A stretch of 39,292 bases of DNA from Octopus bimaculoides. Taxonomy: Eukaryota. The stretch covers positions 138,439,478 through 138,478,769 of the forward strand of contig NC_068984.1 in NCBI RefSeq assembly GCF_001194135.2, written 5' to 3'. Position numbers and translations under genes: made by a program. Below the pieces are notes generated by a model. It had not been told where the DNA came from. It saw nothing but the letters and a program-made list of their open reading frames with translations, and made no database searches. Below, one piece after another: positions 21,958 to 32,748 of the stretch (positions are counted from its first letter, which is position 1; every line of letters starts with the position of its first letter).

Positions 21958-22364
21958 ACGCTTTTTGTATGTAATTTGTCTAAATTATTCATTAAAGCTT
22001 TAAATATGACAAAAAACTTGGTGTTGCAAACAGATCGCTGGTGCTATTTGACAGAGGTTCTACTTACCTCTTACATTCATAGAAGTTAATGGCCAAAACA
22101 CTTGCGTGAATGGAGTTTCTTCTCTGTAGCTCTTCTGCTACTCAGTTCTCTGGAGAGTTTCTTACCACTAAAACTTAAAATACGAAAAAAATACTTTTGA
22201 CTCAACCTGATATATAACGCCAGCATCCAGGTGTTGTAATGAGGTCGCTGATGCTGTTTGACAGAGATTCTTGTTTACTTCTTATTTTTTATTGCAATAA
22301 TAATAATCTCCGTTGAGAATCAACATCATTTCTCATCGTTTCTTTATTCCATCACATAAACTCT

Positions 22365-22483
22365 GAGGAGGAAGAGGAGGAAGAGGAGGAGGAGGAGGAG
22401 GAGAAGAAGAAGAAGAAGAAGAAGAAGAAGAAGAAGAAGAAGAAGAAGAAGAAGAAGAAGAAGAAGAAGAAGAAGAAGAAGAA
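22365..22483. repeat. (GAG)n(GAA)n tract
   Basis: Seen directly. Confidence 0.95.
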
Positions 22484-22597
22484 AGCTAGTGAAGAGATTG
22501 ATGAATCCAAGCAATGCGATATCCAAATTAATAGAAAAGAAATAAAAACGGTTTAGCTTTATAGGAAAAAAAAATGTTGTTGGAGTTTTATGTCGTT

Positions 22598-23013
22598 TTA
22601 TGTGTGTGTGTGTAAGGGGTGTTGGTGTATATACGTATGTGTGTGTTTGTGTGTGGTATGGTGTGTGTATGTACGCGCGTGTATATGTGTGTACATATAT
22701 ATATATATATATTTATATGCATAGATTTGCATGCTGTGTATGTCTATATGTGCATGTGTATGTTTGCGTGAGTGTACGCGCGTGCATGTGTGTGTGTATG
22801 TGTGTATTTGCACGCGCGTGTTTGCGTGTGTATGTGTGCGCGTGTATTTGTGTGTTTGCGTGTGTGTGTATGTGTGTTTGCGTGTGTGTGCGTGTGTGTG
22901 TGTGTGTGTGTGATAGTGTTCGATTCGTGTGTATTTGCGTGTATGTGTATGTGTGTGTGCATGTGAGATTTGTACGTGAATGAGCGTTTGATACATGCGT
23001 TTGTGTTCGTGCA

Positions 23014-23052
<39 letters not shown>

Positions 23053-23100
23053 TGCGTGCGTGCGTGTGTGCGCATGTGTACGCGCGTGTGCGCGTAGTGG
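22598..23100. repeat. Degenerate (TG)n array
   Basis: Seen directly. Confidence 0.95.
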
Positions 23101-23869
23101 TAGATTTCTTTCTGCGATGATAGAAGTTGGGCATTTTCCCCTTTCTTTTCTTCTTTCTTTTTCTTTGTGGTAAGAATTGGTTTTTCTTTTTGTTTTTTTT
23201 CCCTGCTAACCGACGTTGATTATATGGAGGAGGGTTATGAGGTGGGGGGGGTCGTTTAAAATAGAATCACAGAACAAATGTCTTTCATTTAAATTACTTT
23301 TTGGTGACATCTTTGCTAAATATCAGCTCACTGGCATTTGTTAAATAGGCCATCGTCTGCAATATAAACTCTTTCTCCTGCCAAATTAGTTTTACGCCGC
23401 CCTTGCACCACCGCCGCCTCCTCTCCACCTCTTCCAAATTGTTTCCACCTTCAGAGCCTATATTTCTGGGGGTTTTCTTTTTCTTTTTCTCCAAGTATTA
23501 TGTAAACTATATCGTATCACTGAAGTTGTTGTTTTCTAATAGTGCCGACTGTAATAGTTGTTACTGGAGGTGGCAGTGTTAATCCTATGGCTGCTGCTAT
23601 TGTTCCATGTTAATTGCTATTGTCGTTGTGGTTGATGCCATGAGGAAGAGGCGGAGGTGTTACTGCCGTTCTTGCAATTGCTGTTGTTGTTGTTGTTGTT
23701 GTTGTTACAACTACTGCTGCTGCTGCTGCTGTTGTTAATAGCCTTTTTCTTCTTATTCAATGCGAGAGCTTGTCCTGTGCAAGAAATCGGTAATTGTCCC
23801 GTCATTTTACGTTCTGAGTTCAAATCTCGCCATGTTGGACAAAAAAAGCGTTGCAGTGTTTCTTCCGTT

Positions 23870-24112
23870 CATTATTTACATTATTTACATTTGACGGATA
23901 TTTGTCCTCATCTTGTTTGTTCTTAACATCGAAAAATGCCTTAGGAATGAGAACCCAGGTTCGAAGTTTCCACGAGACACCTGATGAAGGCTGGAGGATA
24001 TATCAGCCGAAACGTTGTGTTAACAACAAACAAGATGAAGACAAATATCCGTCAAATGTAAATAATGTAAATAATGTGCATATTTCATCATCTCTTAAAT
24101 ATAGAACTGTAT
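23870..24112 (+). mobile_element. Penelope-like element remnant (pseudo-LTR) with an inverted duplication
   Basis: Contains the CTGATGAAG...CCGAAACGTT hammerhead motif typical of PLE repeats; 59-bp inverted arms at 23870-23928 and 24018-24076. Confidence 0.7.
23976..24021 (+). ncRNA. Minimal type-I hammerhead ribozyme
   Basis: Stem I GACAC/GUGUU; core CUGAUGA at 23981-23987 plus an extra A; stem II GGCUG/CAGCC; GAAA at 24009-24012; palindromic mini stem III ACGU; predicted cleavage after GUU (24016). Confidence 0.75.
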
Positions 24113-24124
24113 TTCTTCCGTTTT

Positions 24125-24285
24125 TTTTTTACGTTCTAAGTTGAAATCTTGCCGAGGACTGCTTTGTCTTAAATTCTTTCAGGATCGATAAAACAAAGTA
24201 CAAGTCAAGTACTAGGATTGACGATATCGACCAACCCGGCCTCCACCTCAAAAGTGCTGCCCTGTGTCAATTTCAGAAACCATTA
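24125..24285 (+). mobile_element. SINE-A, degenerate and 5'-truncated
   Basis: acgttctaagttgaaatcttgccgagg...tcgataaaacaaagtac. Confidence 0.7.
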
Positions 24286-24499
24286 TTGACGACTATAGTA
24301 AGCGTCGTAGAGACATCGGCTGCCTTTTGATTCTCGGTTAGAAATGGGGGCTATTTTTGTTTCTTCTTATTGCCAGTAGCATTAAGAAATCGCTGGACGT
24401 CTTATCATATCAGTTTTAGGGCTCATAGACATCATAAACGAAACATACGATCAAACAGACTCCAAATAAAAAGAGTATAGCGAACTTGAGTGGGTGGAA

Positions 24500-24537
24500 A
24501 ATCTAACGTTTCGGACAGAATCCTTCTTCAGAGCAAA
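24500..24537 (-). ncRNA. Second hammerhead core, probably degenerate
   Basis: Minus strand GCT-CTGAAGA-A-GGA-TTCTG-TCC-GAAAC-GTT-AGA; core and stem II intact, stem I only 2 bp. Confidence 0.5.
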
Positions 24538-24570
24538 GTTGGCGGGAGAAATTAAAGAGAGACACTAGAG

Positions 24571-24785
24571 CAGTGATTCTCAACCATTTCTTGCCTCTGG
24601 AACCCTTGGATTTCTATTTTATTCATATCCAGTCAATGTTTAAAAAAATCTTATTATATTTTTATAATTAAATATTAGGAATTGTATAAAAATGTTAAAA
24701 CATTTTGTGTATAGTAGAAATATCACCAATTTATTGCTCATAAACTTAGAGAAAACCTTATATGGACCCCGGTTGAGAACCACTG
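24571..24785. mobile_element. hAT (Charlie-like) MITE
   Basis: 15-bp TIR CAGTGATTCTCAACC / GGTTGAGAACCACTG (one mismatch); 8-bp flanks cactagag and agtgagag match only partly. Confidence 0.8.
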
Positions 24786-25382
24786 AGTGAGAGTTTTACA
24801 TCATCTCGTATAAGAAACACATACAGAATTTTATGTATCGTTTTTCGTGAAGACTGTTAACGATATAAATGAACAGATAGGACTTCAACCGAAGAATGAA
24901 ACAGCGTAGGGTCGTAAAATTGTCCCCCTTTTGATAACCTCTCTACGTTACAAAGCCAGCCATGTTTAACACATGAAGCGCGACGAGCAACGACAGTGGC
25001 CGTCAGGCACAGGTCGACAGGCCACGATCGCGGCCCAGATACATGCATTTAATTTATGGGTGCTTGTTGGGATCTAATGTTACTCAAACGCTCCGATACC
25101 CCCCAGAATGCAAGAGGTCTAATAGTTCAACTAATGACTTTTCAGATGATGTAAAACTTGCCACCATTATATACTAAGAAGATATTTTAACTATCTTTTG
25201 TTTTTTTATGTGTACATCGTAGTCTCATTTTCATGAAATGTGCTCAGCAGTCCATGCTATTATGTAAGTGCAAATCCCAGCGCTTTATGGGTTAAAAGAA
25301 GGATGCAATGGACTTTATTGAATCCGGTAAATATTTAATACTCATATTACTAACTGGGATTCTTACTTTTTATGTTTAGATT

Positions 25383-25490
25383 CATCTGAGGTTGACTCTG
25401 CCTTTCATCCATCCGGGGTCGATAAAGTTAAATATCGATTAAATACTGAGGTTGACGTAATCGACCAATTTCCTTCCTCTTGAATTACTC
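25383..25490 (+). mobile_element. SINE-A core fragment
   Basis: gaggttgactctgcctttcatccatccggggtcgataaag. Confidence 0.75.
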
Positions 25491-25491
25491 T

Positions 25492-25697
25492 TTACTTGTT
25501 TCAGTCATTTGACTGCGGCCATGCTGGAGCACCGACTTTCGTCGAGTAAATCGACCCCAGGACTTATTCTTTGGAAGCCTAGTACTTATTTTATTGGTCT
25601 CTTTTGCCGAACCGCTAAGTTACAGGGACGGAATCACACCATCATCGGTTGTCAAGCGATGTTGGGGGGAGAAACACAGACACAAACATACACACAC

Positions 25698-25734
<37 letters not shown>
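25492..25734 (-). mobile_element. SINE-B 3' half entering (CA)n and a gap
   Basis: Closely matches 16340-16540. Confidence 0.9.
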
Positions 25735-27139
25735 NNNNNNNNNNNNNNNNNNNNNNNNNNNNNNNNNNNNNNNNNNNNNNNNNNNNNNNNNNNNNNNNNN
25801 NNNNNNNNNNNNNNNNNNNNNNNNNNNNNNNNNNNNNNNNNNNNNNNNNNNNNNNNNNNNNNNNNNNNNNNNNNNNNNNNNNNNNNNNNNNNNNNNNNNN
25901 NNNNNNNNNNNNNNNNNNNNNNNNNNNNNNNNNNNNNNNNNNNNNNNNNNNNNNNNNNNNNNNNNNNNNNNNNNNNNNNNNNNNNNNNNNNNNNNNNNNN
26001 NNNNNNNNNNNNNNNNNNNNNNNNNNNNNNNNNNNNNNNNNNNNNNNNNNNNNNNNNNNNNNNNNNNNNNNNNNNNNNNNNNNNNNNNNNNNNNNNNNNN
26101 NNNNNNNNNNNNNNNNNNNNNNNNNNNNNNNNNNNNNNNNNNNNNNNNNNNNNNNNNNNNNNNNNNNNNNNNNNNNNNNNNNNNNNNNNNNNNNNNNNNN
26201 NNNNNNNNNNNNNNNNNNNNNNNNNNNNNNNNNNNNNNNNNNNNNNNNNNNNNNNNNNNNNNNNNNNNNNNNNNNNNNNNNNNNNNNNNNNNNNNNNNNN
26301 NNNNNNNNNNNNNNNNNNNNNNNNNNNNNNNNNNNNNNNNNNNNNNNNNNNNNNNNNNNNNNNNNNNNNNNNNNNNNNNNNNNNNNNNNNNNNNNNNNNN
26401 NNNNNNNNNNNNNNNNNNNNNNNNNNNNNNNNNNNNNNNNNNNNNNNNNNNNNNNNNNNNNNNNNNNNNNNNNNNNNNNNNNNNNNNNNNNNNNNNNNNN
26501 NNNNNNNNNNNNNNNNNNNNNNNNNNNNNNNNNNNNNNNNNNNNNNNNNNNNNNNNNNNNNNNNNNNNNNNNNNNNNNNNNNNNNNNNNNNNNNNNNNNN
26601 NNNNNNNNNNNNNNNNNNNNNNNNNNNNNNNNNNNNNNNNNNNNNNNNNNNNNNNNNNNNNNGTAAGAAGAAAAAGTTGTTTCAGGAATTAGAGAAGCAA
26701 ATATTTCGTAGTGGCACCGGTAACCTTTTCCCAGACTGAAAATATTAATAATTAAATGGCAAGAAATTGATCTCAAAAACCTAATTGTTTATTTTATGTA
26801 TTTTGTTTTATTTTGTCCAATTTTCTTTTCTTGTTTTTTTATTTTATTTTATTTTAGTTTTTATTTTTTCATTTTTTGATAGTTTAGAAAGCAATTTTCC
26901 ATTTAATTCACTTCTAAAAATATACACATTAGCGATGGCACCAGTCGTATATTGAGAAATATCTATCAGACACAGAACTTCATTCACGATATATATATAT
27001 AAAAATCCGTTGTATACTGACTAGGTTTTTTTTTTAACTTCCTTGTCTTTTTGTACTTTATTTTACATTTCTTTTTTGTTTTGTTTCTTTTCCAAACAAT
27101 GTAAGTGAATAAGCTAACTAAACAGAGATAATCGTTTCT

Positions 27140-27830
27140 GATTTAAGCGCAAGGCCAACAAGTTCATGGTAAGGGCCAAGTCGTTACCCCGACCCCAGAG
27201 TTCAACTGCTACTTATTTTATCGATCCCTAAAGAATAAAAGCAAGGTCGACCTCGGTGGAATTTGAACTCAGAACTTATAAACGGATGAAATACCGCAAA
27301 GCATTTTGCCCGGCGTGTTACCGATTCTGCCAGCTGACAGCTTTAAGAAAATAGAGATGATGGTTTCTGACTTAATTATAAGACCAGCAATTTTGAGGGA
27401 AGTGGGAAGTAGTCGATACTATCGACCCAGTACGTGACTGGTACTTGATTATATCGATCACAAAAGAAAGAAAAGCAGAGTTAACTACCACGGGATTTGA
27501 ACCCAGAATGCAAAAAAAAAAAAAAACCGGAAGAAATGTCACAAATTATTTTGTCCGGCGCACTAACGATTCTACCAACTCACTGCCCTGGGTTTCTCAT
27601 CTTGGCACAAAGCCAGCAAGTTTAGGAGGCGGAGGAGGAGGAGGAGGAAGAAGAAGAAGAAGAAGAAGAAGAAGAAGAAGAAGAAGAAGAAGAAGAAGAA
27701 GAAAAGTTAGTTGGTTAAATCGACTCCAATACATAACTGGTACTTATTTTATCGACTTCGAAAGGAGGTGAGGCAACGTTTGACCTTGGTGGGGTAAAAC
27801 CGAGGAAAAGAAATACCGTGAAGCCTTTTG
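27140..27830 (-). mobile_element. Three head-to-tail SINE-A copies (about 27140-27345, 27375-27585, 27600-27830); the third has an internal (GAA)n expansion
   Basis: Repeated gtcga...ctggtactt...atcga...ggaatttgaac motifs. Confidence 0.8.
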
Positions 27831-27984
27831 GTCAATGCTATGAGTTCAAATCCCGCCGAGGTTATTATTCGGTTGCCATAATAAAACTATATATATATAT
27901 ATATATTAATGTATGCGCTTCACTCCGCATTTATTACACGCGCTACTAATAGTTTCACGCACATGTCACGTATATGTATATGTG

Positions 27985-28135
27985 TGTGACGAGCTTCTTT
28001 CAGTTTCCGCCTACCAAATCCACTAACAAGGGTCTGGTCGGCACGAGACTATAGTAGAAGGCACGTGCCCGAGGTACCACGCTGTGGAGCTGAACCCAAA
28101 ACCGTGTAGTTGGGAAGCAAGCTTCTTACGACATA
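27985..28135 (-). mobile_element. SINE-B 5' half
   Basis: gcttctttcagtttccgcctaccaaatccac...ctgaacccaaaaccgtgtagttggg. Confidence 0.85.
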
Positions 28136-28764
28136 GTCTATCTTCTAACTTTTGTAGAAAAGTTATTTGTATTGTAAGACATTTTCGTGTCAGAATTATT
28201 TATTTTGTGTGTATTTTCAAAACAGGACATTTGCATCGTTAGACCCAGTAACTTAAAAGATCACCCCTTCCCCAGCCCTCTTCTTCCGCTTCTACTTAAT
28301 TAACTAACAAGATTACATTACTTATAGTGAATTATTACGTCCCTAAATTAAGTTGAAAATTATGTTAATGTACCACAAAGTGATTCCTGGTTACGATTCC
28401 TTATTTTCAGACATTAAACAGACCACAGCAAAGTTTACCAAACGACACAGCAAATATGGAAATATTACAGATTAAAGAACTGCAAAAAAAGAGAGGTTTT
28501 ATGGCTCATTCATTCTCACTTCTAAAGGAGAAAACGTTCGCCTTTTATTTGAAGGGTCTGCAGTCTACATGATATGTTTCATATCTGTATGAAGAAGGAA
28601 TTATCCTGTCCAACATCATGTTGAGTGTATATGATCATAATAAATGAATATATATATAGTCATTATGTACGTCAAGGTGATGAGAGGTCAAATATATGAT
28701 ATCGCATATTAAACAGACCGGTTTCAGTTCTATATTTTTTTAATCTTATATCTTTTTATCTTAT

Positions 28765-28947
28765 ATCTTTCGTTTGTTTCAGTCATCTGACTGTGGCCAT
28801 ACTGAAGCAGCGCCTTGAAGGATTTCTAGTTGAATGAATTAACCCTAGTACTTTTTGTAAAGCCTGGTATTTATTGCATCGATCACTTTTGCAGAAACGC
28901 TAAGTTATGTGGACATAAATGTACCTACTCCGCCAAGCGGAGTGTAT
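28765..28947 (-). mobile_element. SINE-B 3' fragment entering a gap
   Basis: cagtcatctgactgtggccatactgaagcagcgcc...cgctaagttatgtggacataaa. Confidence 0.75.
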
Positions 28948-29298
28948 ANNNNNNNNNNNNNNNNNNNNNNNNNNNNNNNNNNNNNNNNNNNNNNNNNNNN
29001 NNNNNNNNNNNNNNNNNNNNNNNNNNNNNNNNNNNNNNNNNNNNNNNNNNNNNNNNNNNNNNNNNNGAATGATCTTTTCTGTTTATATTCACCCCGTAAC
29101 ACTACGCTTGTATAGAGAACTTGATTTCAATTTTAAATTAAATAAAACTTGCCGAGGGTTTGTTTTTTTTTATTCATCCCCGAAATAATCCTTCGTGAAA
29201 ATGACGTATCAATGTCTAAAATGTTCTCATAAAAATCAGTAATATTTGTTATGTGGTCTTTCGAGACTTCTTCCTGTCTACTGGACAGCCTTCAGTTA

Positions 29299-30249
29299 CA
29301 GTAACCACTTGTCATATCGCGGTTTATCTATCGCGCCCTCAGTACATCGCGGATTTTTCTGGCTAATATATGCAAATTTATATCGCGGACTCCTCAGTAT
29401 ATATCGGGTTTCTGTGACCGATAGGTATTTATAATTTTTTAGATTTTAATTATTTCTATGGTAAAATAAACATTTTCACGCCTAAAAATTAATAAATGAA
29501 TAAATAAAAAATACATTTGAACACTGCACCGTATAACACATTAATTAAAATATATTAAAAGAAAATCCGTAGTGTATTGTAGATGAGTAAACAAAGAATC
29601 GTACATACTGTATGGAAAAGGAAACTCGGGAGGCGAGTGTGTGGTGTTGTTTTGCATTTATAATAAAATAAATATATACAAATTACCAAAATAATAAAAA
29701 ATATATAAGCGTAGTAGTGGCTGTGTGGTAAGTAGCTTGCTTACGAACCGCATGGTTCCGGGTTCAGTCCCACAGCGTGGCACCTTGGGCAAGTGTCTTC
29801 TACTGTAGCCTCGGGCCGACCAAAGCCTTGTGAGTGGATTTGGTAGACGGAAACTGAAAGAAGCCCGTCGTATGAATATATATATGTGTGTGTGCATATG
29901 TTTGTGTGTCTGTGTTTGTTGCCTCAACGTCGCTTGACAACCGATGCTGGTGTGTTTACGTCCACGTAACTTAACGGTTCGGCAAAAGAGACCGATAGAA
30001 TAAGTACTACGCTTACAAGGAANNNNNNNNNNGACCGATAGAATAAGTACTACGCTTACAAGGAATAAGTCCTGGGGTCGATTTGCTCGACTAAAGGCGC
30101 TGCTCCAGCATGGCCACAGTCAAATATCTGAAACAATTAAAAGAGTAAAGAGTATATAGTACAGTGCTGTTTCTACTTCGTGGATTTTCACCTATCGCGG
30201 GGTGATGTGGGTTTGGAACGTAACACCCGCGATATTCGAGGGATTGCTG
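29299..30249. mobile_element. pogo/Tigger-like MITE with a nested SINE-B
   Basis: TA|CAGTAACCACTTGTCATATCGCGG at the left end and CCGCGATATTCGAGGGATTGCTG|TA at the right; repeated TATCGCGG subterminal motifs. Confidence 0.75.
29707..30150 (+). mobile_element. SINE-B, full length
   Basis: Head gtagtggctgtgtggtaagtagcttgc...gggttcagtccc through tail tgaaacaattaaaagagtaaagag. Confidence 0.92.
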
Positions 30250-30348
30250 TATTCAGTTGAGCAATGGGCTGATATAATTGACTTATGCTCCTTCCTGAAC
30301 TTGCTGGCCTTGTGCCAAAATCTGAAACCCATATGACTATGATTTTAA

Positions 30349-30672
30349 AGGTGGTGAGCTGGCAGAATCGTTCGCGCGCTGAGCGAAATGTTCAGCAGCA
30401 GTCGGTCTGTATCTACGTCCTGCGTTCAAACTCCGCCGAGGTCAACTATACTTTTCATTTTTTCGGGGTCGATAAAATAAGTACCAGTTGAGAAATGGGG
30501 TCGATACATTCTCAACTTACTCCAGCCTCCGAATTTGCTGGCCATGTGCTAAGACTTTCGTGGTCGATTAAGTACCAGTTACGCACTGGGGTCGATGTAA
30601 TCGACTTAATACCTTTGTCTGTCCTTGTTTGTCCCTTCTATGTTTAGCCCCCTGTGGGCAATAAAGAAATAG
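30349..30672 (+). mobile_element. SINE-A followed directly by a 5'-truncated SINE-A2
   Basis: A copy at about 30349-30555, then tttcgtggtcgattaagtaccag...ctgtgggcaataaagaaata. Confidence 0.85.
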
Positions 30673-30794
30673 GTATTTGAAATCCTCAATTAAGTATTAC
30701 CATAACCAGAATTAGAATGAAGGATAACCATGCAATATCGATGTATGCTATAATAAATACAACAAAACCACCGCAAACCCAGAAACCAAGAACC

Positions 30795-31150
30795 GTTTAT
30801 GTATGTATGTATATATGTATGTATGTATGTGTGTATGCATGTATGTCCGTACGTACGTACGTACGTGTATGTATGTATGTATGTATGTATGTATGTATGT
30901 ATGTATGTACGTATGCATGTACGTACTACGTACGTGTGTGTGTGTGTATGTATGTATATAGTTTTTTTTTGGCAGCTAAAATTCTCAGTTTCAGTTCCAA
31001 TAAAAACCAAATCCTCTACAACGTGCATTGAGCACTCTTTTCTCGTATGACGCCATGAAGCAACGTATAGACATACATACACACATTCACACACACACGC
31101 ACGCACGCACACACGCACACACACACACACATACACACATACACACAAAC
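30795..31150. repeat. (TATG)n/(TACG)n/(CA)n microsatellites
   Basis: Seen directly. Confidence 0.9.
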
Positions 31151-31350
31151 ACACATACACACACATACACGAGAGAATTCTGAAAAGTTCCTAGCTTTAA
31201 GGGTCTCTCGAAAGGCCTAGTCGGAGGCCCAAACTTCCGAGTTCTTTTACAGGGCTAAGAAGAACTGAACGACTGCTGCAATGAGTATGTAAATCTGAGA
31301 GAAGAATATGTTGAATAAAATCATAATTAACTGATCCGCCTGTATTTTCT
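31148..31350 (+). mobile_element. Mariner-derived MITE
   Basis: Left TIR-like ctgaaaagttcctagcttt; retains a mariner C-terminal remnant ...NLREEYVE*; same family as 37282-37387. Confidence 0.7.
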
Positions 31351-31518
31351 TAACCCCCCCCCCCCCCNNNNNNNNNNNNNNNNNNNNNNNNNNNNNNNNN
31401 NNNNNNNNNNNNNNNNNNNNNNNNNNNNNNNNNNNNNNNNNNNNNNNNNNNNNNNNNNNNNNNNNNNNNNNNNNNNNNNNNNNNNNNNNNNNNNNNNNNN
31501 NNNNNNNNNNNNNNNNNN

Positions 31519-31570
<52 letters not shown>

Positions 31571-31819
31571 GAAAGAGAGAGAGAGATAATTACATCTATT
31601 TTATAAGTATTCAAGTTTGCTAAATATCCATGGCGAATTAAAATACAAGGGAAATAACTCTGAATGACACATTTAAAAATATTAATCGTCATTATTTCTG
31701 TAATCATTTTTTAAATATATTTCGTAATAATAATAATAATTATGAATAGAATTATTCATATATCACTTTAATATAATATATTACCTGTACAACAAAAGAA
31801 AAATATGTTTTTTTCTTTT

Positions 31820-32030
31820 AAGGCGGCGAGCTGGCAGAATCGTTAGCACGCTGGACGAAATGCTTAGCGGCATTTCACCCGTCGCTACGTTCTGAGTTCA
31901 AATTCCGCCGAGGTCGACTTTGCCTTTTATCAATTCGGAGTCGATAAATCAAGTACCAGTTGAGTTCTGGGGTCGATGTGATTGACTGTCCTCATCCTCC
32001 AAAATTGCAGGCCTTGTGCCTATAATAGAA
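31820..32030 (+). mobile_element. SINE-A, full length
   Basis: aaggcggcgagctggcagaatcgttagcacg...gagttcaaattccgccgaggtcgac. Confidence 0.92.
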
Positions 32031-32054
32031 TGGATTATTATCATTATTATTAGA

Positions 32055-32381
32055 AAGGCGGGGATCTGGCAGACTCGTTAGAGCGCTGAACGAAATTCTT
32101 AGTGATATTTCGCCCGTAGCTACGTTCGAATCTCAAACCGGGTGGTGTGTGTTTTTATGAGCGAAACACCTAAGCTCCCCGTGACTCCTGCAGAAGGTAA
32201 TAGCGAACTTCTGTTGACTCCTTCTCCACAACTTTCTCTCAATCTTTCGTCCTGCACCTAGCAGCTCACCTGTGACGGACCGGCGTCCCGTCCAGGTGAA
32301 GAACCTATACAGCAATGAAACCGGGAAACCGGCCCTTCTGAGCCAAGCATGGATCGAGAAGGAACAAACAACAACAACAAC
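32055..32381 (+). mobile_element. Chimeric SINE: A head fused to D-type body and T1 tail ending in (AAC)n
   Basis: A-like up to ctacgtt (32126), then cgaatctcaaaccggg...gagcgaaacacct...gacggaccggcgtcccgtccagg...gaaaccgggaaaccggccc. Confidence 0.75.
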
Positions 32382-32382
32382 A

Positions 32383-32748
32383 GTCATTTGAGTGCGGCCA
32401 TGCTGGAGCACCGCTTTGAAAAGTTTTAGTCGAATGAATCGACAGCAGTACGTATTTTCTTAAAAGCCTGATATTTACACTATCGGTCATTTTTGCCGAA
32501 TCGCTAAGTTACGGGGACGTAAACTCACCAACACTGGTTGTCAAGCGATGTTGGGGAACATAGTGACAAAGACACACACACACACACACACACAACGAGT
32601 TTCGCTCAATTTCCGTCTGCCAAATCCACGCACAAGGATTTGGTCGGCACAAGGTTATAATAGAAAACACTTGCCCAAGGTGCTACGCAGTGGGACTGAA
32701 CCCGGAACCATGTGGTTGTGAAGCAATCTTCTTACCACACAGTCACGC
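32383..32748 (-). mobile_element. SINE-B, near full length
   Basis: Family consensus motifs present. Confidence 0.9.

Noticed and set aside
29990-30063. 33-bp direct duplication inside SINE-B
   Set aside because: The two identical copies flank a 10-N gap, so this is an unmerged contig overlap.
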